A stretch of DNA of 64,000 nt from an uncultured delta proteobacterium (lineage in GTDB: Bacteria; Desulfobacterota; Binatia; JACPRU01). The translations under genes were made by a program, and so were the position numbers. The stretch's first letter is position 1. Every line of letters begins with the position of its first letter. Below, in pieces: positions 26,063 through 35,188 of this stretch. The stretch is from assembly GCA_963711395.1 (NCBI GenBank), contig CAVQEA010000003.1, forward strand, positions 209,447 through 273,446, in the 5' to 3' direction. The notes beneath the pieces were generated by a model. That model was not told where the DNA came from and made no database searches. It saw only the letters and a list, made by a program, of their open reading frames with translations.

Positions 26063-27064
26063 TTGCCGTCGCTGCGCTGCTGGTCGTGGGAGGCCTCGCT
26101 CTGCGCTACGGCTTCGAAGCTCCTGCTCAATCGACCCGGCCCTCCGCTCGCGGCACCGATACGAATCGACGTCGTGCCGGGCGAGCCTTTCCGGACGACC
26201 GCAGCCAAGCTGGAGGCCGCCGGCCTAGTGCCGAGCGGGCGGGCGCTCGCCCTGTGGGCGCGCTTCGCAGCCGCGGATCGGCAAGTCCAGCACGGAGCCT
26301 ATCTGTTCGTCGAGCCGCTCACGCCGATGGCGCTCGTCGAGAAGATGCGTTCGGGCGAAGCGATGATCATCCACGTTCTGCTCCCCGAGGGGGCGACGGC
26401 GCGTGATCTCGCGCTCACCCTCGACCACGACGGGCTCGGTCCCGCGGCGTCCTTTCTCGCGCTGACTCGCGACCCCGCCTTCGCCCGGTCGCTCGGCGTG
26501 CCGGCGGACGGCCTCGAGGGCTATCTCTTCCCGGACACCTATTTCTTTTCGCCCCTCGATGACGCGCAGAAGATCCTCGGCATGTTCGTCGGGCGCTTTC
26601 GCCAGGTTTTCACCCCCGAGATGGAAGCTGAGGCACGCCAGGCGGGGTTCAGCGTGCACCAGATCGTCACGTTGGCCTCGGTGATCGAAAAGGAAACCGG
26701 CCGCGAAGACGAGCGGCCGTTGGTTTCGGCGGTATTCAGGAACCGCCTGCGTCACGGGATGCCGCTGCAAGCCGATCCGACCGTCATCTACGGCATCGAG
26801 AACTTCGACGGCAATCTCACGCGCCGAGACCTCGAAACTCCCACGCCGTACAACACCTACACGGCACCCGGCCTCCCCCTCGGGCCGATCGCGAATCCCG
26901 GGCGTGCATCGTTGTTGGCCGCGCTTCGACCCGCCGACGTACCGTATCTCTATTTCGTAGCCCGGGACGACGGTTCCCACGAGTTCAATTCCAGCCTGGC
27001 TGACCACAACCGTGCCGTGAATCGTTACCAACGCTCGCGCCATGCGCGGGTGCAGGCGGGTTGA
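26063..27064 (+). CDS. mltG: Endolytic murein transglycosylase MltG (YceG-like); N-terminal membrane anchor appears to lie in another frame (ATG 26047)
   Basis: The catalytic region is clear: LASVIEKETGREDERPLVSAVFRNRL, LQADPTVIYG, TPYNTYTAPGLPLGPIANPG, YLYFVA. The expected TM helix MKRALLAVAALLVVGGLALRYG is encoded from 26047 in the -1-shifted frame. Confidence 0.8.
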   Translation: MPSLRCWSWEASLCATASKLLLNRPGPPLAAPIRIDVVPGEPFRTTAAKLEAAGLVPSGRALALWARFAAADRQVQHGAYLFVEPLTPMALVEKMRSGEAMIIHVLLPEGATARDLALTLDHDGLGPAASFLALTRDPAFARSLGVPADGLEGYLFPDTYFFSPLDDAQKILGMFVGRFRQVFTPEMEAEARQAGFSVHQIVTLASVIEKETGREDERPLVSAVFRNRLRHGMPLQADPTVIYGIENFDGNLTRRDLETPTPYNTYTAPGLPLGPIANPGRASLLAALRPADVPYLYFVARDDGSHEFNSSLADHNRAVNRYQRSRHARVQAG

Positions 27065-27070
27065 AGGACC

Positions 27071-28489
27071 GTGCCCCCGACGGACCCCTACCGGCTCATC
27101 GACGAGACCGCGCTGCGCAGACGCCGGCGTCGCCTCTGGAATATCTGCTTGCCTGCGTTGCCGCCGGCCGCGGCGCTGCTCGGCGCGCGCTACCTCGGAA
27201 TCTTACCAGTAGAGCTCGGCGCGGCGGGGGTGATCGCCTTCGCGCTGCTCGCCCTTCACCTCACGGGGGTCGAGCTGTCGCGCGCGAGTGCGGCACGATT
27301 CCTCGACGTCGCGCTCGGAGCAAAGGACCACTTTCTCACGCTGGCCACCGCCGGAACGCATGCACAGTTGCTTCCGGTGGTCGCCGCCGAGGCCGCGACC
27401 CTCGCCGTCGCTCCCCCAGAGCTGCCGCCGACGAGCCGGCGCTCGCTCCTCGTGAGCTTCATCCTCTCGGTCGCAGGCTTCCTCTTGTTGTGGTCGCTGC
27501 CGCAAGTCGCGTCGTTTGCCGCAGCGGACGGCACTGACCTCGACCGCATCGCCGCGGCGCTCGAGGCTTCGGGGGACGCTTCGCTCGCGACGACACTCCG
27601 CGAAGTCGCGACTGCGCTCCGCGATCCGCATCGTTCCGGCAAGGAGAAGCTCGCCAAGATTGCCGCAGCCTTGCAGAAGATCGAAGACGCGCAGCGGAAG
27701 GGCGGACAAGCGAAAGGAAGCGGCTCCTCCGGCGGGGGCGGCAGCGGCGGGAAAGGCGAGCAAGGGGGCGAGAGCGGAACGGACAAAGGCCAGGGAGCCG
27801 GGAAGTCCCCGGGCACCACCGGCGCTCAGGGCGGAGCGGGCTCGGCGGGTGATGCCCGCGCGGAAGCCAAGCAGGAGCTCGGAAAGCTTGCCGAGCAGCT
27901 GTCCTCGGGTGCGGGCGAGGCCAAGGATCAGCAGCAGAGTCAGCAGGGCGAAAACTCGCAGCCGGCAGGGGGCGGGATCCAGGGACCCGAGAGCGGCGCC
28001 AAGGACCGCAAGCAATCCGAGCGCGACGGCACCGCAAATCAACCCGGGAAGAATCCCAACGAGTCGGGCGGCAACGAAAAGCCCGGCGGGAATCAGGGCC
28101 AGGCACAAGCGGAGCAAGGGCAGCAGGATCCGCAAAAGCAGCAGAACCAACAGAATCAGGCCGGCGCCGCAAACCAGGGCGGGGCCGGAGCGGACGGCTC
28201 GGGCCAGCACTCGACGTCCCAGGGGGACGTCAAGCCGCAGGAGCGCTTCTACAAGCCGGGCGAAGGCCCCGACGGCGGGATCGTCGACGGCCAATATGTG
28301 CGCGTGCGCGTGCCCGAGGAAGCGGGTCCGCTTCCCGGCACGGAGATCGTCGCCAAGCCGGGAGATGCGACTCCGATGACGCCCTACGGTAATGCGCCGC
28401 TGCCGCAGGCGGGCGCGCCAGGGGAAGTCGCGGCAGACCAACCCGTGCCACTCGAGTACCGCGATGCCCTCAAAAGTAGATCGCCGTGA
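27071..28489 (+). CDS. Membrane protein with a long Gly/Gln/Lys/Asn-rich disordered region (first gene of the MoxR operon)
   Basis: GTG start, three predicted TM segments in the first 150 aa, about 180 aa of low complexity, and a conserved-looking C-terminus ...VPLEYRDALK. Confidence 0.5.
   Translation: MPPTDPYRLIDETALRRRRRRLWNICLPALPPAAALLGARYLGILPVELGAAGVIAFALLALHLTGVELSRASAARFLDVALGAKDHFLTLATAGTHAQLLPVVAAEAATLAVAPPELPPTSRRSLLVSFILSVAGFLLLWSLPQVASFAAADGTDLDRIAAALEASGDASLATTLREVATALRDPHRSGKEKLAKIAAALQKIEDAQRKGGQAKGSGSSGGGGSGGKGEQGGESGTDKGQGAGKSPGTTGAQGGAGSAGDARAEAKQELGKLAEQLSSGAGEAKDQQQSQQGENSQPAGGGIQGPESGAKDRKQSERDGTANQPGKNPNESGGNEKPGGNQGQAQAEQGQQDPQKQQNQQNQAGAANQGGAGADGSGQHSTSQGDVKPQERFYKPGEGPDGGIVDGQYVRVRVPEEAGPLPGTEIVAKPGDATPMTPYGNAPLPQAGAPGEVAADQPVPLEYRDALKSRSP
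27692..28234 (+). repeat. Purine-rich coding low-complexity tract (G/Q/K/S/N-rich peptide)
   Basis: Translates to QRKGGQAKGSGSSGGGGSGGKGEQGG...QQDPQKQQNQQNQAGAANQGGAG... There is strong G+A strand bias on the coding strand. Confidence 0.7.
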
Positions 28490-28505
28490 GGGAGGACGTG
28501 ATCCG

Positions 28506-29522
28506 ATGAGCGAATCCCCAGGCGCCGCCGGCGCCGATACGCAGCGCATCGCCGCCTTCCGCGAGCGATTCGACGCCGTCGAACAGCAGGTCCACCGAGT
28601 CATCGTCGGCCACCGCGCGGTGCTGCGCAAAGTGCTTGCGGCCTTCTTCGCCGGCGGGCACGTGCTGCTCGAGGGCGTGCCGGGCCTCGGCAAGACGCTG
28701 ATCGTGCGCTCGGTGAGCACGGCGCTCGGCCTCTCGTTCAAGCGCATTCAATTCACGCCCGATCTCATGCCCTCCGACATCATCGGCGCGCAGATTCTCA
28801 CCGAGAGCGAAGGCGGCCGGCAGTTCCAGTTCCGCGCGGGACCGATCTTCGCGCACATCGTGCTGGCCGACGAGATCAATCGCGCGTCACCCAAGACGCA
28901 GTCGGCCGTGCTCGAAGCCATGGAGGAGCGACAGGTGACCGCGTTCGGGGAGACCTATCCGCTGCTCGAGCCGTTCTTCGTGCTCGCCACGCAGAATCCC
29001 ATAGAGCTCGAAGGCACGTATCCCCTCCCCGAAGCGCAGCTCGATCGCTTTCTGTTCAAGCTGCTCGTCGAGTCGCCCAACCCGGAAGAGCTGAATCAGA
29101 TCCTAGACCGCACGACGGCGGAGCGGCGTCCCGAGGTCGACACCGTATTCGTCGGCGACGCGGGTCGAGAGGCGATCGTCGACATGAGCCGGTTGGTGCG
29201 GCAGGTCGTGATCGCGCCGCCGATCCAGCAGTTCGTCGTCGGTCTCATCGGAGCCGCGACGCCGAACGGCGCGGGGTCGATCGCGGCCGTCCGCAACTAC
29301 GTGCGGTTCGGGCCGAGCCCGCGCGCGGCCCAATCGGTCGTGCTCGGCGCCAAGGTCAACGCCCTCCTCGACGGCCGCGCGCACGTGAGCTTCGAGGACG
29401 TCACCGACGCGGTGTTGCCGGCTCTTCGCCATCGCTTGATCCTCAACTTCCAGGCCGAGGCCGACAACGTCACTGCCGACAGTCTGGTCGTCGAGGTGAT
29501 GCGGAGCCTGCGCCGGCCGTGA
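28506..29522 (+). CDS. MoxR-family AAA+ ATPase
   Basis: GHVLLEGVPGLGKT (Walker A), VLADEINRASPKTQSAVLEAMEE (Walker B/sensor), ATQNP. Confidence 0.9.
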   Translation: MSESPGAAGADTQRIAAFRERFDAVEQQVHRVIVGHRAVLRKVLAAFFAGGHVLLEGVPGLGKTLIVRSVSTALGLSFKRIQFTPDLMPSDIIGAQILTESEGGRQFQFRAGPIFAHIVLADEINRASPKTQSAVLEAMEERQVTAFGETYPLLEPFFVLATQNPIELEGTYPLPEAQLDRFLFKLLVESPNPEELNQILDRTTAERRPEVDTVFVGDAGREAIVDMSRLVRQVVIAPPIQQFVVGLIGAATPNGAGSIAAVRNYVRFGPSPRAAQSVVLGAKVNALLDGRAHVSFEDVTDAVLPALRHRLILNFQAEADNVTADSLVVEVMRSLRRP

Positions 29523-30403
29523 CCGCTTTTTCGCAGGCGTTTCTCGACCGGCTCGAAACCCTGCGGCTGCTCGCGCGCCGGCGCTTTCTCGGTCGGCGCA
29601 AGGGCACGCATCTCTCGGCGCGGCGCGGAACGAGCCTCGAGTTCGCCGACTATCGCAGCTACGCGCTCGGCGACGATCCCCGGATGGTCGACTGGGGGCT
29701 CTACGCGCGCACCGACCGGCTCTACGTCAAGGTGTTCCACGAGGAGGAGGACCTCTTCTCCTACCTGTTCGTCGACGCCAGCGCGTCGATGGCGCACCCG
29801 CCGGCCGACCGCAAGTACGAGTCGGCATGCGCGCTCGCCCTCGCGCTGTCCTACGTCGTGCTGTCGTCCGGGGACTCGCTGCGCTTGCATCGACTGCGAG
29901 CGGATCGCGCCGACGTCACGCCCTTCTACTACGGCCGCCGGCGGATGCTCGAAGCCCGCGAGTTCCTCGAGCGCGAGCCGCCCGCGGGGCCACTGCGACT
30001 GAAGGACGCGCTGGCTCCGCATTTGAGTGGGCTGCGCCGACCCGGCAAGGGCATCTTGATCTCCGACCTCTTATTCCCGCTCGCCGAGTTTCAAGCCGGC
30101 ATCAACGTGATGCGGGCGGCTCGGCTCGACCTGTTGGTGATCCAAACGCTCGGTCAGGAGGAGCTGCTTCCCGCAACAGCCGGAGTGGAACGTCTCGTCG
30201 ACGCCGAAAGCCACGCGGAAAGTGACGTCCGGCTGGACGAGCGCACCCGAGCGCTCTACCTCGCCAACCTCGCACGTCATCGTCGCGAGCTGCGGAGCTT
30301 CTGTAGCCGCGCGGGCGTGCAGTTCGCCTTCTACGATACCTCGACGGACGTCGAGGATTTCGTGCTCACGGAACTTCCGGCGCTGGGCTTGTTGCGCGAA
30401 TGA
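29519..30403 (+). CDS. DUF58 domain protein (MoxR partner)
   Basis: GTSLEFADYRSYALGDDPRMVDWGLYARTDRLYVKVFHEEEDL is the DUF58 signature. GTGA overlap with the MoxR stop. Confidence 0.85.
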   Translation: MTAFSQAFLDRLETLRLLARRRFLGRRKGTHLSARRGTSLEFADYRSYALGDDPRMVDWGLYARTDRLYVKVFHEEEDLFSYLFVDASASMAHPPADRKYESACALALALSYVVLSSGDSLRLHRLRADRADVTPFYYGRRRMLEAREFLEREPPAGPLRLKDALAPHLSGLRRPGKGILISDLLFPLAEFQAGINVMRAARLDLLVIQTLGQEELLPATAGVERLVDAESHAESDVRLDERTRALYLANLARHRRELRSFCSRAGVQFAFYDTSTDVEDFVLTELPALGLLRE

Positions 30404-33400
30404 CGTCGGTCCTCGAGCTCGCGAACCCGGCGGGGCTTTGGTGGCTGGCCATCGTTCCGCTGTTGGTCGTCCCGTATCTGATCCGCCAGCGGCTTCGCCG
30501 GCGCCTCGTGCCCGCGCTCTTCCTCTTCGCCGGCGCCGAACCGGCGCAACGTTCGCGCATCGGCGGCCGCTTGCGCTTGCGTCCGCTGATCGTCCTGCAG
30601 CTCTTGGCGCTGCTCGCCGTCATCGCCGCGCTCTGCCGGCCCGTGCTACGCGCCACCGAGGTCCGCGCCGCCCTCGTGCTCGACAACTCCGCGAGCTTGC
30701 GCACCGTGGAGAGCTCGGGGGAGACGCGCTTCGCCGCCGCTGTCCGTGCGGCGAAGGACGAAGTCGCGCGGCATACAGCCACGTCGTGGGACTTCTTCGT
30801 GCTGTCTCCGGCGCCTCGCGAGGTCGGCACCAACCTCAGCGCAGCCGCGACGCTCGGCCTGCTCGCCGAGCTCCGCGCCGCTGAATGCGCACATCCGGAC
30901 GAGTCGCAGTTGCGAGCGTTCTTCGAGCGGCTCGGACAACAGCGCTACGCGGGCATCTACGTCTTCACGGACCTCCGCGCGGCTTCCGTGCCGAACGTCT
31001 CCGTGACAGTGGTTGGCAGCCCGCAGCCCAACGTGGCGATCACCGATCTGACGGTCGTTCCCTCCCCCGTCGCGTCGGCACCGGCCTCGCTGAACGTGGC
31101 GGTGGACAACTTCTCGCCGCGCCCGTCGCGCGTGCCGATTCGGGTGCTCCGCGAGCACGGCGAGGAGCTGCGCAGCGCCACGCTCGAGGTGGGAGCGCAC
31201 GGCTCCGCGGCGTTCGCGACCGAGGTTCCCGCGGAAGGTCGATTCACGGCTCGCATCGACGGCAAGGACGCGCTCTCCTTCGACGATGAGGCTTCGATCG
31301 CCGCGGTCGTCGGTGGCGAGCGGAGCGTCCTGCTCGTCGCCGACGATCCGCAGGGCCTGGATGCGCTCCAGAAGGTCCTCGGCTTCCGTCTCGAGGTGAC
31401 GACGCCCGAGCGCTACCGTCCCGAGCTCGCTCGTGGTCGGGATCTCGTGATCTTCCATCGCTCGGCGCCGAACGCGCCGACGACCGGCTCGGCTCTCTAT
31501 CTGCTGCCGCCGGCGGCGCCGTTTTTGCCGAGCACGGCAACGAAGGCCGACGCCCCTTCGATCGTGTTCCCGCAGCCGACGCATCCGATCGCCCGATACC
31601 TCAATCCGGAGGCGCTGCGGCCGCGCCGGGTCTTCACTCTGGGCGGCGTGCCGGGCTGGCAACCGCTCGCGGTGGCGGAGGGGGGCGCGGTCATCCTGGA
31701 GCAACCCGGATCCTCGCGTACGGTGGTCAGCGGAATGGACCTGCTGCCGTACCTCGGGGAGCGGAACCGACCCGTGTCGATTCTCACGCTGAATCTCTTG
31801 TCCTGGATGCTCCGCGGTACGACGGACGCAACGCAGGCCATGGAGCGAGGATGTGCGCCGGTCGGCCGCGCCGAATCGGACCTCGAGCATCCACGTTCGC
31901 TGCCGCTACCTGCCGACAGTTCGTCGGTAGCCGAACCCCGCGAGCGGCTGCACCCGCTGTGGCCTGCCCTGACGCTCTTCGCGCTCGCCGTGCTCGCTCT
32001 CGAAGCCTGGTTTCATCGAGACCGGGGACGACTCGCCTGGACACTGCGTGCGCTCGCTCTGTCGCTGATCGTCGGCGCTTGGCTCGATCCGATGCGGGCG
32101 GTGGCCGGCGTGGCGCCCGGCCCGCTCGCCCTCTTCGACGTCTCGCGGAGCCTGCTCGCAGAGACTCGGGAACGGGCGATCACCACGCTCGGCTTGCCGC
32201 GCAATGCACGGGTACTCGCCTTCGGCGGCCGCCCGGTCGCGACCACGCTCGACCACATCGCGGACGCCGCCACGGCCGCCGACGTCGAGGTGACCGACCT
32301 CGAGGCCGCGCTTCTCGCCGGCGCCGATGATGCGCCCGAGGGCGGCGCGGTCTTCTTGGTCAGCGACGGGTGGGAGACTCGCGGAGACGCGACGCATGCG
32401 CTCGATACGCTGCGGCGGCGCGGCCTCAGAGTTTTCCCCGTCGCACAGGCCCAATCGCTCGGCAACGACCTGGCGATCACATCGCTGACGTTGCCGCCGC
32501 GCGGCGCCTCCGGCAGCGCCGCTCGCGCCGAGGTCTTGTTGCGCAGCGACAACCACAAGGTGGTGCCGGCTCGCATCACCGTGCGGCAGGGATCGAAGGT
32601 GCTGGTGCGCGAAGAGGTGAAGATCCCGCCGGGCGACAGCGTCTTCGGTCGGCCCGTGCTGCTCAACGGCGAAGGCCTGACTGAGTTCACCGCAGAGCTC
32701 ACGGCAGTGGATCCCGACACGGACACGGATCGCAGCAACGACGTGGCCAAGGCGTGGGTGGGGCTCGGCGGTGGCAAGCGAGTGCTGCTTCTCGGCCATG
32801 AGCGGCGCGACAATCGCGAGCTCGAGCACGCGCTCGCCGAGCGTGGCTTCCGCGTCACCTCCGCGGGGCGCGCCGACGGTGATGAAGCGCCCGATCCATC
32901 CCGATTCGCGGCCGTGATCCTCAACGACGTGCCTCTCGCCGAGCTGCCGACCGGCTATGCGGAGGAGCTCCGCGAAGCCGTGCGTGGTGGAAGCGGGCTC
33001 GCCATGGTGGGGGGACCGCGAAGCTTCGGGCTCGGCGGCTATCGCGGGTCCGCGGTCGAAGAGGCGTTGCCGGTGCGTATGAAGGAGCGCCGGCGCGAAG
33101 AGCCGAGCAACGTCGTCGCGCTCGTCATCGACAAGTCGGGCAGCATGCGCGACGAATCGCGGATCCTCTATGCGCGCGAAGCGGCTCGCCAGCTCGTCGA
33201 TCACCTGAAGGACCATGACCGGATCACCGTGATCGGCTTCGACCGCGAAGCGTTCACGATCGTGCCGCTCGACGACGTCGGGGCGATCCGCGAGGAGTTC
33301 GACCAACGCATCGACCGCCTCAAGCCTTCGGGCGGGACTCGGCTCTATCCGGCTCTCGTCGAGGCGAGACGCCAGCTGGTCGGCGAAGAGGCGCGCCGGC

Positions 33401-34446
33401 GTCACATCATCGTACTTTCCGACGGCCTCAGCGAGGATGCCGAGACGTCGGGGGGGCGGAGGCTGTACTACGATTTGGCGCTCGGGCTCGCCGAACAAGG
33501 CGTGACCATCTCCACGATCGCGCTCGGGCACGACGCCGATACGGATTTTCTCGAGCGCCTCGCTTCCTACGGCCGCGGAGCGTTCCACGAGACCGCGGAG
33601 GCCTCGAGCCTTCCCGAGATCGTGCTCGGTGAATTCGAGACCCAGGGGCGCGAGAAGACGCTCACCGAGCGTGAGCTGCGACCGCTGCCGGTCCAGGAAT
33701 CTCCGCTAGTCGCAGACGTCGCACGGACCGATCCGCACTGGCCGATGGTGCTCGGGCTGGTGGAGACCGAGCTCAAGCCGCAGGCCCGGCTCGACGTCGG
33801 CGTCGCCGGATCCGACGCGCCGCTGATTGCGTCGTGGGAATTCGGGCGCGGGCGCGCGGCGGCGGTGACGACCGACGCCGACGGGCGGTGGTCCGATCGC
33901 TGGATCCGTTGGGAGCAATGGAGCCGGCTATGGAGTGACGTGCTGCGCTGGCTGGTTCCCGAGGCCCGCGTGCCTCAGGCGCGCTTCGCGCTCGCCTACC
34001 ACGACGGCGCGCTGGAGGTCGACTACAGCCGATTCGAAGAAGAGTCTGGGGGCGGCGCGACCGCGCGCATCAGCGCACCGGATGGACGGATGACGGAGGT
34101 ACCGCTCGCCCGCACGGCTCCCGGCCACTTCCACGGTCGCTTGGCGACGCGCGCGGCAGGCGACTATCGCATCGAAATCCGCGGCTCGCGGGGAGTGATC
34201 ACGGATCCACCGCTCGGCTACACGATCACGCCGTCGGCCTCCGGGGAACGCCCGCGGCGCGAGCCCAATTGGCCCCTCCTCGAGACGCTCGCGGTGCGTA
34301 CCGGTGGTCGGTCGAATCCGCCTCAAGGGGACGTTGCGGCGGCTCCTGCGCCGACGCGTTCCGTGCCCATCGCGCCGCAGCTCCTCGGGGCAGCGGCCTT
34401 GCTGTTTCTCGGCGAGCTGATCGCGCGTCGCGTGCGCGGCGATTGA
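30400..34446 (+). CDS. Giant BatA-N-terminal / GATase1-like / VWA-domain membrane protein
   Basis: 1348 aa. The N-terminus ANPAGLWWLAIVPLLVVPYLIRQR is BatA_N-like. There are internal and C-terminal TM segments. VWA MIDAS motif VIDKSGSM ... SDG. ATGA overlap with the DUF58 stop. Confidence 0.75.
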   Translation: MTSVLELANPAGLWWLAIVPLLVVPYLIRQRLRRRLVPALFLFAGAEPAQRSRIGGRLRLRPLIVLQLLALLAVIAALCRPVLRATEVRAALVLDNSASLRTVESSGETRFAAAVRAAKDEVARHTATSWDFFVLSPAPREVGTNLSAAATLGLLAELRAAECAHPDESQLRAFFERLGQQRYAGIYVFTDLRAASVPNVSVTVVGSPQPNVAITDLTVVPSPVASAPASLNVAVDNFSPRPSRVPIRVLREHGEELRSATLEVGAHGSAAFATEVPAEGRFTARIDGKDALSFDDEASIAAVVGGERSVLLVADDPQGLDALQKVLGFRLEVTTPERYRPELARGRDLVIFHRSAPNAPTTGSALYLLPPAAPFLPSTATKADAPSIVFPQPTHPIARYLNPEALRPRRVFTLGGVPGWQPLAVAEGGAVILEQPGSSRTVVSGMDLLPYLGERNRPVSILTLNLLSWMLRGTTDATQAMERGCAPVGRAESDLEHPRSLPLPADSSSVAEPRERLHPLWPALTLFALAVLALEAWFHRDRGRLAWTLRALALSLIVGAWLDPMRAVAGVAPGPLALFDVSRSLLAETRERAITTLGLPRNARVLAFGGRPVATTLDHIADAATAADVEVTDLEAALLAGADDAPEGGAVFLVSDGWETRGDATHALDTLRRRGLRVFPVAQAQSLGNDLAITSLTLPPRGASGSAARAEVLLRSDNHKVVPARITVRQGSKVLVREEVKIPPGDSVFGRPVLLNGEGLTEFTAELTAVDPDTDTDRSNDVAKAWVGLGGGKRVLLLGHERRDNRELEHALAERGFRVTSAGRADGDEAPDPSRFAAVILNDVPLAELPTGYAEELREAVRGGSGLAMVGGPRSFGLGGYRGSAVEEALPVRMKERRREEPSNVVALVIDKSGSMRDESRILYAREAARQLVDHLKDHDRITVIGFDREAFTIVPLDDVGAIREEFDQRIDRLKPSGGTRLYPALVEARRQLVGEEARRRHIIVLSDGLSEDAETSGGRRLYYDLALGLAEQGVTISTIALGHDADTDFLERLASYGRGAFHETAEASSLPEIVLGEFETQGREKTLTERELRPLPVQESPLVADVARTDPHWPMVLGLVETELKPQARLDVGVAGSDAPLIASWEFGRGRAAAVTTDADGRWSDRWIRWEQWSRLWSDVLRWLVPEARVPQARFALAYHDGALEVDYSRFEEESGGGATARISAPDGRMTEVPLARTAPGHFHGRLATRAAGDYRIEIRGSRGVITDPPLGYTITPSASGERPRREPNWPLLETLAVRTGGRSNPPQGDVAAAPAPTRSVPIAPQLLGAAALLFLGELIARRVRGD

Positions 34447-34500
34447 GCCGTCCGCGCTCGCGCGCGGCGCTCCCGCGGCCGAGCGGCGTGCCCTCCGCGA

Positions 34501-34529
34501 TTGCTCTTCGCCTTATTTTCGCCTAGGAT
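34501..34529 (+). promoter_or_regulatory. Candidate lexA promoter (TTGCTC-N17-TAGGAT) whose spacer is a TTCGCC-N5-TTCGCC direct repeat
   Basis: An AT-richer island sits immediately upstream of lexA. The -10-like hexamer ends 9 nt before the ATG. Confidence 0.3.
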
Positions 34530-34538
34530 ATTCCTCGC

Positions 34539-35147
34539 ATGCCCACGCTGACCAAGCGCCAGAAAGAGATCGTCGACTACCTCGACGACTACATCGCCGA
34601 GCACGGTTACGCGCCTACGCTCGAGGAGATCGGCGCGCGCTTCGGCCTCTCCTCACCGGCGACGGTGCACAAGCACCTCACGAACCTCGAAGGAAAGGGC
34701 CTGCTACGGCGCAAATGGAATCACAGTCGCGCGCTCGAGCTCGTACCGCAGAAGCGCAAGGCGGCGGCGATCGAGCTTCCCCTGCTCGGACGAGTCGCTG
34801 CGGGCAAACCGATCGAAGCGATCGAAACCCCGGGCACGCTCGCGGTTCCCGAGGAGCTGGTACGGCGCGAGAACAGCTACGTGCTGCGCGTCAAGGGTGA
34901 TTCGATGGTCGAGGACGGGATCCTCGATGGTGACTTCATCGTCGTCGAGGAACGGCCGTCGCCGGAAAACGGGGAGACCATCGTCGCGCTCGTGAACGGA
35001 GACGCCACGGTCAAGCGCTTCTTTCGCGAAAGGAACGGCAAAGTTCGGCTCCAGCCCGCGAACCAGCGTATGGCGCCGATGCTCGTCAAGGAGCGCGAGT
35101 TCAGCAGCCGCGGTCGCGTGGTCGCCGTGCTGCGCAAGTATCGTTGA
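34539..35147 (+). CDS. lexA: LexA repressor
   Basis: MPTLTKRQKEIVDYL...GYAPTLEEIG...SSPATVHKHL (wHTH). Cleavage-site region LPLLGRVAAGKP. Catalytic GDSM...K. Confidence 0.95.
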   Translation: MPTLTKRQKEIVDYLDDYIAEHGYAPTLEEIGARFGLSSPATVHKHLTNLEGKGLLRRKWNHSRALELVPQKRKAAAIELPLLGRVAAGKPIEAIETPGTLAVPEELVRRENSYVLRVKGDSMVEDGILDGDFIVVEERPSPENGETIVALVNGDATVKRFFRERNGKVRLQPANQRMAPMLVKEREFSSRGRVVAVLRKYR

Positions 35148-35188
35148 GCGCGACGAACGATGGCCGGGCGTGGCAGCAAGCTGCTACG

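Noticed and set aside
34530-34540. Shared 10-mer TTCCTCGCAT upstream of lexA and at 17484-17493 upstream of the prenyltransferase, considered as a common regulatory motif
   Set aside because: A single shared 10-mer is expected many times by chance in 64 kb, and there is no further flanking similarity.
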